Shown here one piece after another: positions 47,501 to 56,605 of a stretch of DNA of 64,000 nucleotides. This stretch comes from a virus (taxonomy: Duplodnaviria > Caudoviricetes). The DNA lies in the IMG/VR virus record IMGVR_UViG_3300037067_013058, positions 1 to 64,000 of that record; one strand, written 5' to 3'. The first letter of the stretch is position 1. Every line of letters starts with the position of its first letter. The translations under genes and the position numbers were made by a program. Below the pieces are notes generated by a model that made no database searches, was not told where the DNA came from, and saw nothing but the letters and a program-made list of their open reading frames with translations.

Positions 47501-48564
47501 GCAGCATAAGGAGCACCGAATCTGGGATCTGCAACAAGTGCTGCATTAATATCCGCCGCAACATTCGCTGCTGTTGGTGCAGGTAATCCAGTCACCAATT
47601 GAACAGCAATATAGCCCCCACCAATATTTTCATCAATCGTCAAATAGATGTAATCGTTAGTACCTACCACAACAGTAAATGGTTCTGCGATATCACCAAC
47701 TAAATATGCTGGCCAAGTAGATGGAGGGCCTGGTAAAAAGAGTTCACCTTCTGCTGCCAATACAGGTAAACCGGGAACGCCTAATGGGGACCACATAAGT
47801 AAACCTGTTACATTTGAATAGTCAATATGTCCTGCGGGTGTGCCTGCAAATACGTCTGCCTCAACAGATACAACAGAAACACCTGTAATGTTATTCGTTG
47901 CTTTTTCTACTGTGTGTGATCGTTCCTTGTATCTATGGTTAGTTACGAATGAACGGTCTAAAATCCAATTTGGCCCCCACAGTCTTCTTGAATATCCAAA
48001 CGGCTCCACTTGGCATATTGTACTAACCGCTTTCTGAAATCCCGCGTACTGACCCCCGTAATTTCTATATGCCAGCCGAAGCTCATGCAAAGTATCACGG
48101 TATGCTGACAAACTAAGTCCCAAATCATTATAATACCCGACGTATTGACCAAAACAATCTTCAACACCAGTAGCGGTAACTGTCGTAATTGCCATATCAT
48201 CGCGAACAGTTTGGATATTATCATCAATGAGTTCCAACGTTGTGGCATACGCGGCCATCCACAGCGCATATTCACGAACGGTGAGCCAACTTGATTGACG
48301 TCTTCCAGTAACATTATTCAGCAACACAATTTCAACTTCGCCACGGGGTAGTGGACGACTGAATACAACGTTACCAATCACATCGCTAATTACTGTGCCA
48401 GAAAATACTTCATTGAGGTACAAACCGAATTCATTATTCGGGGTATCCGTTTCTAAGCGAATTTCGGTATTGCCATAGCGAAAAGGCACAACAATACCCT
48501 TGCTCTCATAGAAAGAGCCGCCAATAACGGATTTAACAAGATCTGCGTATCTATTCGCGCTCAT
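44599..48564 (-). CDS. large baseplate wedge/tail structural protein
   Basis: 1321 aa after baseplate J; N-terminal wedge-like region (LRLAYRNYGG..AG); internal repeated beta modules. Confidence 0.65.
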   Translation of the reverse strand: MSANRYADLVKSVIGGSFYESKGIVVPFRYGNTEIRLETDTPNNEFGLYLNEVFSGTVISDVIGNVVFSRPLPRGEVEIVLLNNVTGRRQSSWLTVREYALWMAAYATTLELIDDNIQTVRDDMAITTVTATGVEDCFGQYVGYYNDLGLSLSAYRDTLHELRLAYRNYGGQYAGFQKAVSTICQVEPFGYSRRLWGPNWILDRSFVTNHRYKERSHTVEKATNNITGVSVVSVEADVFAGTPAGHIDYSNVTGLLMWSPLGVPGLPVLAAEGELFLPGPPSTWPAYLVGDIAEPFTVVVGTNDYIYLTIDENIGGGYIAVQLVTGLPAPTAANVAADINAALVADPRFGAPYAAFAFSHFYAASNRLAMVSPVAAGSSIRIENGLTNAATATMGIVEGTLVAMPDLLQGVTYVSATGVIDINAGNAQIDHVYNGATLVHQLRWNSPGVGLGALVTLVDPGEYSLIDAGGAILKVYASPDDMEALIAPWPHTDSFTFSLTYHRVSENLAQTQGLNVLVDMSLLPAAVVADNVNVVDDSVLHYQHPDNWFIDETAAPVLVTYMSEGSVITDKLDDYDPSSSYAWWCSTDKDAMTVYTKVQKFPTPWPNTRGSDSPQKSFGGLYDYSGFNMIVSGWVRNFISPGGTATIKVSWDGGITYYSAAPVLLALDSLGIGRPTFVSGTFRISDEIKPNPMMDRDVIIAIDFACAFANMTYVLEAFTVDVEFISSRYLTNATVARSRHRQYFGELQYVWAIDEMELRHKQYLGLPHKISDKTTPYAGVTISVISADMLAGTGILTYSYNSVGDVRMLKWDSPDSTPWGPGLGYVSIISTGSYTLYGTDGSYLFVNVTREALPILAGTPPAAETVKNVVISDTSVYQGLVREISPAHIALDIFDVSEYTALGVAKNLLGAVTEADFAASTLVNLTIQPADPFMMSYVFPSALPVTGEVLTINSVTLRAPLALASDQDTHEACLFMDSLPVPNTTVLGVPNWWFNNSQEVEIDPSIWSSSSTYSIDYNLLYRITTIPFTTNPYELDYVWLADYTLFDRKDTIEGEYLNTVPVFFNADTGQAFLDRKSTMDKSVAKLYMQDTREQREIAQRYWRFLSSSVVEIDSSQLVTGAQFFLTHEESRSYEVSHLDVGLRTVPNVLDLIPGVEVTYVSGTALGTEASLECVVTFGPVYNFRLISSLGNEGAIVPVVLSGSYIVFDSLGNYLEIDVDVPSLPVVLGTYKQNLMIKQGVKFEWRCGIDEGHCLAAEWKEIEKNENVHSVDSAGVLFPIQQLRLTLGGIRDVLDFRVRSLVLKGLHLHGTPSVQGLTNVWG

Positions 48565-49560
48565 TTAATACCCGCCCCCAAGTCCTTTTGTATAACCAGC
48601 AGGAGTTACCACTTGAGCATCATCAATCAAGCTTAATTTCGTTGCTTGCTGAACGTTATCAATCACGGTCAATCCATCCAAGTAATAGTAAAGATACGAA
48701 TCAGCTAATGTGAACAAACCATTACCAACAACCGATGTATCCACCAATCCAGCATACGCAGCACTTTGTCGTAAATTATCCATACTCGGTGGTGCATTTC
48801 CCCTTAATCTAAAATCAGAGACAATTACCGTATCATGAACTGGCTGATTTTCGAAAACAGCAAAAGGTCTGTAATAAAACCACTCGACTTGTGTGTTAAA
48901 AACGTCGTAATTTGCGGCAATGTTATCGTTGTAAACACGAAAAGTTGCCGCAGTTGTTACGAAATTATGCGACAATAATACAACAGCACTATTAACGATG
49001 AAATAAACATCAGTACCCCAACGCAGAATTTTGAACATAGAAGTGCCAACAGTCCAAGGTGCTGTATAGGAATCAACAACTGCCCCATTTAGCCAAACTT
49101 CGCAAAGCAAATTGATATTAGAGGAATTTTCGCCAACTGTTACAGAAATTTGGCAATAGTTAGTAGCATTCACATAAAGTTGCAAAGAAATAGCATTAAC
49201 TGTTGATGTTGGGTAAATTGTGTACCGTGGGATTGTACAACGGATTTCCCCTTGAACATCTGCCCAAGTAGCTACGGACTCTATAGCAGCAATACCGCCT
49301 GCAACGGCCCCAGTTGACAGCACAAGGTTAGGAGACGCCGTAGTGACCGTCCCAGTACCTGCGGAGATGTCCGTCCACTTTACAGGGTCTAGGACGGCTG
49401 CTGTGAACAAATCATCCCAGTGTCTTGGGTCAAAGCCAACACCAGTCATGAAAAATTCATTACCGCCTATTGATGGACCGGTATTAGGGGATACAGCATC
49501 AAGATCGGTAGCAATCCCGTATAAAACACCAGTTCCATATTTGAAAAGGCTATACCGCAT
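48565..49560 (-). CDS. baseplate-associated protein with IPT/TIG-like start
   Basis: VSPNTGPSIGGNEFFMTGVGF; beta-rich. Confidence 0.55.
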   Translation of the reverse strand: MRYSLFKYGTGVLYGIATDLDAVSPNTGPSIGGNEFFMTGVGFDPRHWDDLFTAAVLDPVKWTDISAGTGTVTTASPNLVLSTGAVAGGIAAIESVATWADVQGEIRCTIPRYTIYPTSTVNAISLQLYVNATNYCQISVTVGENSSNINLLCEVWLNGAVVDSYTAPWTVGTSMFKILRWGTDVYFIVNSAVVLLSHNFVTTAATFRVYNDNIAANYDVFNTQVEWFYYRPFAVFENQPVHDTVIVSDFRLRGNAPPSMDNLRQSAAYAGLVDTSVVGNGLFTLADSYLYYYLDGLTVIDNVQQATKLSLIDDAQVVTPAGYTKGLGGGY

Positions 49561-49563
49561 TTA

Positions 49564-50991
49564 TTACACCAAATTGATAATCAAATCAGGATCAGCAATC
49601 CGTGCGTATTCATTTGGGCCTATCGCAATATCTGCTACGCCACTTCCCGTTGATATGGCAAGAGTAGTATACGTGAAATTATCAACGCCGTAAACTTGGG
49701 CAACAACTGAATCAATGTCGAATTCTTCAACTGCTTCACCCAATTTGAGCGAATTGATGTAATTCTTGATAGATGTCCTTACAGCTTCTTGCACATCTGA
49801 AGGATTACCAGACCTTACTTTGACATCTGCTTCAATGAGCAAATCAACTTGCTGCGCCCAACGGAAAAGCTGTTGCTGACCCATTGTATATTCTTCAGGT
49901 TGTGTGTAATACGAAGTCAAAATATTGATAAGTGAATTATAACTGTAATCTATGATAAGGGGATCTAGCAAATTAGCTGGCAATGTCGTAGCCGTAGTAA
50001 GGAATTTGATACCATCTTGCGCTAATACACTGTTAGACCATTCGCCAACATCGGTAACTATTTCGTAATCTGTATCTTGTACGAAAAGATTACCAAGTGA
50101 ATCGCGAACTGCTGTAACCGTCATTAGCGGTTGTCTGTCCAATGGGATAAGCGTTTCAACACCTGGGTAAGATGTTACGTAACGTTTGGCCGAGGGCTGT
50201 TCGCCAAGAACCCAAATATCAACTGCACCAGCGTCAAATTGTTCTCTAGTCATGGCGGTATTTTGGCCATATACTACGTAAGCATCACTAACGGATGAGA
50301 AATTATCTAGAACAGAGCGTTTGATACCTGCTGGGACACCGGGCTTGGAACCGGCAACATGTAATAGATAACGATCAGCTAAATCTAGGTTAGTTTCCAA
50401 ACCACTACCAGAAGATGTTTTTTCTCGGTTAAAAACTTCATCAAACCCTGGAATTGGTCTACGGAAAACAGTAATCGTATATGGACCAACAGTTGTAGTT
50501 GCCCCCACAGTAATTGAAGCAACAAGAACATCAATTTCATATTTACTTGTATCTGCATTGAAATATGAAAGAGGTGCGCTAGCAAACATTGTTTTTGATT
50601 CAATGGTTCTAAAAATAATAGATGACCCTGTTCCTGGGTCAACCGGAGTAGACAGGGGGAAGTTCAAAGGAATAATCAAATTACTTGTTGGTGCCTGTGC
50701 CCTGGAAAAAGTAACCGTAGCAACAGATCGTGAACCCGACCACCTAACAACACCTTCGTTGAAAACGATATCATCAAGATCATCTGGCACAACACGATCA
50801 GCATATTTCATCGAATTCAAAACACTAAGATAAACAACTCGATTGTTCTGTTGTTCAAGTACCTCTGAGACAGGATCAATTTGCAAATCCCGGATTGGCC
50901 CAATACGAGTGTCTAGAGAAGGATCGCGTGAAGCAATACCCTCAATAATCATTGTGGCAAAATCACTTGCTGATATTCTATTAAGCGCCAT
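49564..50991 (-). CDS. baseplate J-like protein
   Basis: DLDDIV...V.RWSG..SVATVTF...GLETNLDLADR...G.VDIWV pattern. Confidence 0.85.
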   Translation of the reverse strand: MALNRISASDFATMIIEGIASRDPSLDTRIGPIRDLQIDPVSEVLEQQNNRVVYLSVLNSMKYADRVVPDDLDDIVFNEGVVRWSGSRSVATVTFSRAQAPTSNLIIPLNFPLSTPVDPGTGSSIIFRTIESKTMFASAPLSYFNADTSKYEIDVLVASITVGATTTVGPYTITVFRRPIPGFDEVFNREKTSSGSGLETNLDLADRYLLHVAGSKPGVPAGIKRSVLDNFSSVSDAYVVYGQNTAMTREQFDAGAVDIWVLGEQPSAKRYVTSYPGVETLIPLDRQPLMTVTAVRDSLGNLFVQDTDYEIVTDVGEWSNSVLAQDGIKFLTTATTLPANLLDPLIIDYSYNSLINILTSYYTQPEEYTMGQQQLFRWAQQVDLLIEADVKVRSGNPSDVQEAVRTSIKNYINSLKLGEAVEEFDIDSVVAQVYGVDNFTYTTLAISTGSGVADIAIGPNEYARIADPDLIINLV

Positions 50992-51000
50992 GTACTAACC

Positions 51001-51435
51001 TCACAGAGTTCCACCAACAGAGAAATTTTCACGACCATCGACCGTCAAAATATCCAATCGCCACCTGAAATTTCGTGGATCATCTCTAATTGGCCAAATT
51101 TGAACTGCCCCAATACTATCAATAAGCTCTTTTGCCGTTCGTCTGCCATATTGGTAATGCTGTTGAGCAGAAATTAGCCTGTTCATACCTGTTTGAAGCT
51201 TCATTTGGAAGTCAAAAGCAACTGGAGCAAAAGAGAAAGCAGAAGCTGGATGGTCTGCATCTGAACCAACGCACGAATCCAAATTACACCCCAGTCCCGT
51301 ACTATTTCTTGTGTCAGTAGAAAGATTCATTTTTACGTCTTGTTTACACTTGTCACTATCTGTGAGTGTGGCATAAGACGTATTGGAAACATCACGAACC
51401 ATGTCTCCATCAACTATTTTCCAAGTATATGACAT
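51001..51435 (-). CDS. baseplate wedge protein, gp25/gpW-like
   Basis: 144 aa directly upstream of baseplate J; DGD...K.KQD...G.G pattern. Confidence 0.6.
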   Translation of the reverse strand: MSYTWKIVDGDMVRDVSNTSYATLTDSDKCKQDVKMNLSTDTRNSTGLGCNLDSCVGSDADHPASAFSFAPVAFDFQMKLQTGMNRLISAQQHYQYGRRTAKELIDSIGAVQIWPIRDDPRNFRWRLDILTVDGRENFSVGGTL

Positions 51436-51933
51436 TTATGGTACCTGTGCCGCTGCATCCATTGCAGCTTTGTAAATCGCATCATCAAGAATATCAATAG
51501 CCATAATCAAGTTCGCTTTTGTTTGCTCCCAATATGCAATAAGAAGATTCAATTTATTCTCGAATGATATCATATTTAGGAAGCGTTCCTTAAACCTGTT
51601 GAGCGCTGCAACCGCTGTATCAAACAAATAAAGTGCTGGACCAAGAAAATAAGAATAAAATTCAGGACAAAGTTCCGCAGCAGGACCGCCTGGAATTGAA
51701 GTCATTTGCTCCCGTATTTGATCCAAAATCTTCTGAATTTGATCAAAAATATACTTGTTTGCCAAAGCAACCAGGCCCCACTGTGCTACCCATGCTTGCA
51801 AAATTGCAATCTGAGCATCAATAAATGCAATAATTCCCAAAAGGAAATTTTTGAGCATTTTCAAAACCTCTGCAACTTGTGAATAAATCCACCTTAAGAT
51901 GCAAACTGCTAAGGGTTGTGCTGGAGTTGCCAT
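51436..51933 (-). CDS. tail-module hypothetical helical protein
   Basis: 165 aa between spike and gp25-like genes. Confidence 0.55.
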   Translation of the reverse strand: MATPAQPLAVCILRWIYSQVAEVLKMLKNFLLGIIAFIDAQIAILQAWVAQWGLVALANKYIFDQIQKILDQIREQMTSIPGGPAAELCPEFYSYFLGPALYLFDTAVAALNRFKERFLNMISFENKLNLLIAYWEQTKANLIMAIDILDDAIYKAAMDAAAQVP

Positions 51934-51943
51934 ATTTTCACCT

Positions 51944-53308
51944 TTACATAACCGTTGTGGTTGTTGCTGCTGCCGAAGCCAGCAAGGAAACCATTGCCCC
52001 CGCAGCAGTTCCCGCAGTAGTACAAGAAGCAGCCGAAGCGGGAATCGTTGCCTCTGCGGCCAACTTTGCCCACGCAGCCGCAGCAGCCGTAAAATATGCG
52101 GTCCAGAAACCTATAAACGCAGGAGACAGCTTGGCCACCGGAAGACCCCCTGTAGTGCCCAGAATGACCGTTCCAAGGGCCGAGATGGTTGGGGCCGTGA
52201 TAGTAGCCGAAGTCGTTCCCGTGAGGCTCAGGGTGCCGCCCGAGAGGGTTATAGAGGTTGCCCCCGTTAACGTTATTGCTGGAGAAGTCAACGAATATGT
52301 TGCAGTACTGGTGTATGTAGTTGTTAAATTATTAATTTGCCAAGTTGCTGCTGGGGTCATCCATTGAAAACCGACTGCCGTAGGTGCGGAAACACCGTAA
52401 TTTCCCAAATCATCAATGGCCGAAATATAAAAATCTGTCATACCAGAAGGATCTTTGACAGAATGAAGCATCCGAACCCCGGTACCAACCATCAACGTCA
52501 GCGGCTTCAAACTTGTGTTAAGGGCAGGAACCATAGGGGTCATAGTCAAATCATCAATCACCTCTCCTTGATGAATACGGCTCATTTCAATCGGAATACC
52601 ACCAGCAAGACTGTAACAGACAGAATCATAAGATTCTTGTGCTGTTTTCCCAGAATTAGCTGGAATAATACTAAAAATATAAGTCTCTGCCGCATCAGTA
52701 GGAACTTTATACCTTCTCGCATCCCCCTTACGTCTTGTGCTGGCTTCACCGTAAGAATCCTGCACCAAACCAGACGTTGTTGTAATGTCCCCCATAGTCT
52801 GATCAAGATAAATGGAATGAGGACCACTACTCAGCTTAACCTTGTCCCCCATATATAAAAAACACCCGTTCGCTGATTTGAAATCCCAGTCTCCCGGCTG
52901 AAGACGCTTTCCTGCGGATTCACCCCAACCAATACCCCCTATAGCAGCATTTACATCATCCTGATACTTGAATCCTTCATAAAAAATAGCGGAATATCCT
53001 AGCGCAAAAGCTTCCCCTGTTGTAGAAAAACCTATCAAAAGCATATCCCCTTCTTGCGGAATATATCTACCCCAGGAAGTAGCTTGAACATTGGTCGTAT
53101 CCTCATCACTCTTTTTTGGAGGATAAGACAAACCCAACAAAGGAAAAGTAACCTCTCTTGAATACAAAAATCCATCAAACACCACTTCAACTGTACCTTT
53201 ATCAATATGAACAGCATGAACCCTGCCCCGGTGAACAGCATTAAAAAATGCGTCGTTAGCTTCACGGGCCTGCTGAACGGAACTTTTATTTGTTCTAATT
53301 CTTCCCAT
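51944..53308 (-). CDS. baseplate spike / gpV-gp45-like protein
   Basis: N-terminal OB-like GRVHAVHIDKGTVEV...PQEGDMLLIGF; C-terminal T/S/A/I beta-repeat. Confidence 0.65.
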   Translation of the reverse strand: MGRIRTNKSSVQQAREANDAFFNAVHRGRVHAVHIDKGTVEVVFDGFLYSREVTFPLLGLSYPPKKSDEDTTNVQATSWGRYIPQEGDMLLIGFSTTGEAFALGYSAIFYEGFKYQDDVNAAIGGIGWGESAGKRLQPGDWDFKSANGCFLYMGDKVKLSSGPHSIYLDQTMGDITTTSGLVQDSYGEASTRRKGDARRYKVPTDAAETYIFSIIPANSGKTAQESYDSVCYSLAGGIPIEMSRIHQGEVIDDLTMTPMVPALNTSLKPLTLMVGTGVRMLHSVKDPSGMTDFYISAIDDLGNYGVSAPTAVGFQWMTPAATWQINNLTTTYTSTATYSLTSPAITLTGATSITLSGGTLSLTGTTSATITAPTISALGTVILGTTGGLPVAKLSPAFIGFWTAYFTAAAAAWAKLAAEATIPASAASCTTAGTAAGAMVSLLASAAATTTTVM

Positions 53309-53312
53309 TGTT

Positions 53313-55760
53313 TTACATCTGCCCCTTATCGCTCCCCCTAAAAATTGCTTGTTTTACAAAAGAAGCCGGATTAAAAGCATAGTCCCCCCCAAAGTATTCA
53401 TGCACATAATTTCCTTTATTGTCCGTCTTTCCTCCCCAACCACGAACAGAATTGATGTTTATAGTTGTATCGCAATTACTGTTCCAAACAATAGAATGCA
53501 CCAAACTAACTACAGTCGCAAAATAATTCCTATATTTCCAATAAACAGGACGATTTACCATTAAGCCAAACTTAGGGGTAGTACCTATAGACAAATTCCT
53601 CATCTCTGCATTCTGCCTACGAAGCATTAAATTAGCAAAAATTTCAGATCCTTCGTCTGTATCAATAAAACCCCAAGGATCAGTAGTTTTAACTCTAGCA
53701 CCTAATGTCGGAACTAAGCCCCTCGCTGTAGCATAATTTGGTCTAATAGACTCGTTTCCCACAGTACCGGAAAGACCCGCAATAGCCTTCTTCACACTCA
53801 CATACAAAGTAAAAATACCATCATCCGTTGCTGTATTACTAAAACTAATTTGTTCATAAGGCTCAATTGTTTGCTCTTTTACGTAATTTACTTTTGGAAT
53901 CTGAGAAAAATCCAAGCCTTGAAACCCAGTAATCATCTCTTGAAAACCCATTTGCATATTCGTCAAGGTCTGCACATCAGTGTCAGAGTATTTACCTGTA
54001 TAAATTGTGTCAAAATCCTCCTGATACTTATAAATACTATCCGCTGGATCATATTTACCAGAAGCATCTGTACTTGGTCCAAACTGATCAGGGTCATAAT
54101 CATAAAAAGCCAACTCAAAAACCAAATCCCCCTTTGGTGTAGCATAAAACCTATAAAAATCAGTACAAGCCGCCAACTCGTAAAGAAGGGTCAAACGATC
54201 CAAATACACAGCACGGGCAACAATTGAATTCGTTGAAAGGCTTTTATCAATTACATTTGTTCCCAAACCCTTTGCCAATTGGGCCTGTGTCAAAAAGTAC
54301 ACCCTCCCCCCACCAACAGGATAACTCTCAATGTTTTCCCCAATTATAGAAATAATGTCTTTCATATTTTCAGAATACGAAGTAGGGCTTTCATCCTTAT
54401 GCATTGTATATAAATCTTTGGGTGTAATTCTATGACTAATCAAATCATTCCACTGTTTTAAATCCGTTAGTTTTGTTCCTATTTCTGGAGCACCTTCCAT
54501 AGACTCCCCAATATAATACGCCGTCACACCCACAGAACCATTATTTCTTTTGAATCTGACACCACGCGGACTTGCAATTGCCCCTAAATCACGGCCCTGC
54601 GTTAAAGTACCCTTAACTATCTCAACTTCCCTGTTCACCATAAACTCAACTAAGAAATTACGATCACTTTTCCAAGAAACAACATCACCTTGATCTGAAC
54701 CTATTGTACTGCTTCCTAAACCATTCGTCCATTCAGTAATCGCATTTTTATACGTTAGTGAGGAAACCATTTGTGTAGAAATATAATTCATTATATCATC
54801 ATTAGACATTTGAGCAATTTGATCCATCTTGGACTGCTTCACAAAGCCTAACAAAGAATCTGAACCAAAAAACAAGACCTCCAAAACTTCAAACACAGTC
54901 ATTCCTGCAAAATACTCTTGGTACAAATTCAAACCGGTTGAAGAAGTATTTGCAATCGTTTTCAACTTCTCTGTAACATTAACATCCAAAATACCTGTAT
55001 CAACATTGACAATCGCATGTCTAGCTATCTTTGTAATATCCGTACACGTAATTAAAACAGTGCTTTCCTTATTTGTCCCTTTATTCTCCGTAAAAGAATC
55101 CATAAAACCAGTAAACATCCAATACCAAACCCTGGGGTCGTAAGGATCTCTAAAAGCTACACGAACAGGATCATTCGGATGGAAAATACAGTCCCCCTCT
55201 TGCACAGGGTAATCAAACAAGACCTCTTTTTTATAATGAATTACTTCAGAATCTTTAACCTCAGTCGCATCCTGGCTCCAAGTCATTTTCTTGCTAAGTA
55301 CTTTTAATTTTACATCCATAGGCACATAGGAAGAGGACCACTCAAGACCTAACGCACCCTTTTCTTCCAGCTCACTCGTAACAGAAGCGGCTGAAGGTGC
55401 CTCCTCCTGGGCTGCATCAGAAGAGGCTTCCCCGGAAATATAAATACCCATTTGCTCAATATCTGCATCTGAATACAAAGGAACTGAATACGAGCTATCA
55501 TACTGTCCCTTAAAAGAGGCCCTAGAAGAACCAATTACTTTCATATCATCTCGGGTAATGATGTACTTATCATAAGGATTCACCAAAGTAAAGGCGCAAG
55601 AACCTGGCATCCTTTCCAAAGAACCGCCAGAATGCGTTATACGAACGTCCATAACATCCTGGGTTACCTCATTTCCAAAAATGAAAACACGATAAGCCGG
55701 AAAAGCCGACCTATACACACCATCAGCAGAAGTAAACTCTTCTTTCCAAGGATCGCTCAT
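53313..55760 (-). CDS. baseplate hub / tail protein (gp27/gpD-like)
   Basis: FTLVNP, WMFTGFMDS, ITCTD, FYATPKGDLVF, VVSLVHSI pattern; position before the spike. Confidence 0.65.
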   Translation of the reverse strand: MSDPWKEEFTSADGVYRSAFPAYRVFIFGNEVTQDVMDVRITHSGGSLERMPGSCAFTLVNPYDKYIITRDDMKVIGSSRASFKGQYDSSYSVPLYSDADIEQMGIYISGEASSDAAQEEAPSAASVTSELEEKGALGLEWSSSYVPMDVKLKVLSKKMTWSQDATEVKDSEVIHYKKEVLFDYPVQEGDCIFHPNDPVRVAFRDPYDPRVWYWMFTGFMDSFTENKGTNKESTVLITCTDITKIARHAIVNVDTGILDVNVTEKLKTIANTSSTGLNLYQEYFAGMTVFEVLEVLFFGSDSLLGFVKQSKMDQIAQMSNDDIMNYISTQMVSSLTYKNAITEWTNGLGSSTIGSDQGDVVSWKSDRNFLVEFMVNREVEIVKGTLTQGRDLGAIASPRGVRFKRNNGSVGVTAYYIGESMEGAPEIGTKLTDLKQWNDLISHRITPKDLYTMHKDESPTSYSENMKDIISIIGENIESYPVGGGRVYFLTQAQLAKGLGTNVIDKSLSTNSIVARAVYLDRLTLLYELAACTDFYRFYATPKGDLVFELAFYDYDPDQFGPSTDASGKYDPADSIYKYQEDFDTIYTGKYSDTDVQTLTNMQMGFQEMITGFQGLDFSQIPKVNYVKEQTIEPYEQISFSNTATDDGIFTLYVSVKKAIAGLSGTVGNESIRPNYATARGLVPTLGARVKTTDPWGFIDTDEGSEIFANLMLRRQNAEMRNLSIGTTPKFGLMVNRPVYWKYRNYFATVVSLVHSIVWNSNCDTTININSVRGWGGKTDNKGNYVHEYFGGDYAFNPASFVKQAIFRGSDKGQM

Positions 55761-56551
55761 GGCGCAGTCCCCACATCATTCAAGAAAGTTTGACTCAAAT
55801 TCTTTATCACCGAACTAAAAATCATATCTTGCGTTGGGTTAGAATCAAGTGCTGTAAAACTAAAAGACCACCTCTTATTAAAGGGCTCATCCGCAGAATC
55901 AGAAAACTCTAGAACTTGATCAAAATGCCCAATGAAAGTAACAAATGAGTTGCCAAACAAGGGACTAGCATAAGAAATAAAAGTCATAACAGGATATCCA
56001 TTTGTTGGATCAATAACAGGCTCCCTTGTCAAAGAGTATAAATTCCAAAAAGCTGCAAGACGAACAACCCCCGCAGTATTTTTTGTCATACCTGCTGGCT
56101 GTAAAGTAACATCTGTTTCATATAGCCTGGAATCTTCCGAAAACTGCTTATCCAACCAATCCGAAAATTGATTCACGCCACCTGCAACTTTATCCATAAA
56201 ACCTGTTTTGAAAGCGCCCCCACGACGAACATTGATATTCCCGGTCATTCCTTGAAAAGACATTTTCAAAATATCATTATTTCTTCCAACAGTATTTGTC
56301 CAATGAAAAAATGTAGCCCCCTCTTGTGTGTCTTTTCTTGTAATACGTTTTGACTGACTGAATGAAATATTTGTTGGATTCATCAACATTGACAAACCCT
56401 TCTGACCAGACTTCATTCTCATCGTATTTGTAATATAAAAAGGAACACGAAGAGTCCTATCCTCATATGGACTCATTGCACGCATCATCGCTTCCGCAAA
56501 ATTGGGAATTGATGAAGACTTATTCATATAGTCTTTATAGTTTACAGTCAA
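55757..56551 (-). CDS. tail tube initiator-like / baseplate protein
   Basis: MLMNPTNISFSQSKRITR..T..G...FHW...MSFQG.TG...F.G.F...FSFTA. Confidence 0.6.
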   Translation of the reverse strand: MTVNYKDYMNKSSSIPNFAEAMMRAMSPYEDRTLRVPFYITNTMRMKSGQKGLSMLMNPTNISFSQSKRITRKDTQEGATFFHWTNTVGRNNDILKMSFQGMTGNINVRRGGAFKTGFMDKVAGGVNQFSDWLDKQFSEDSRLYETDVTLQPAGMTKNTAGVVRLAAFWNLYSLTREPVIDPTNGYPVMTFISYASPLFGNSFVTFIGHFDQVLEFSDSADEPFNKRWSFSFTALDSNPTQDMIFSSVIKNLSQTFLNDVGTAP

Positions 56552-56605
56552 AAATCACCTTCCTCGCCTTTTGTCTTTATACACAACAATACCCATACGT
56601 TAGGA

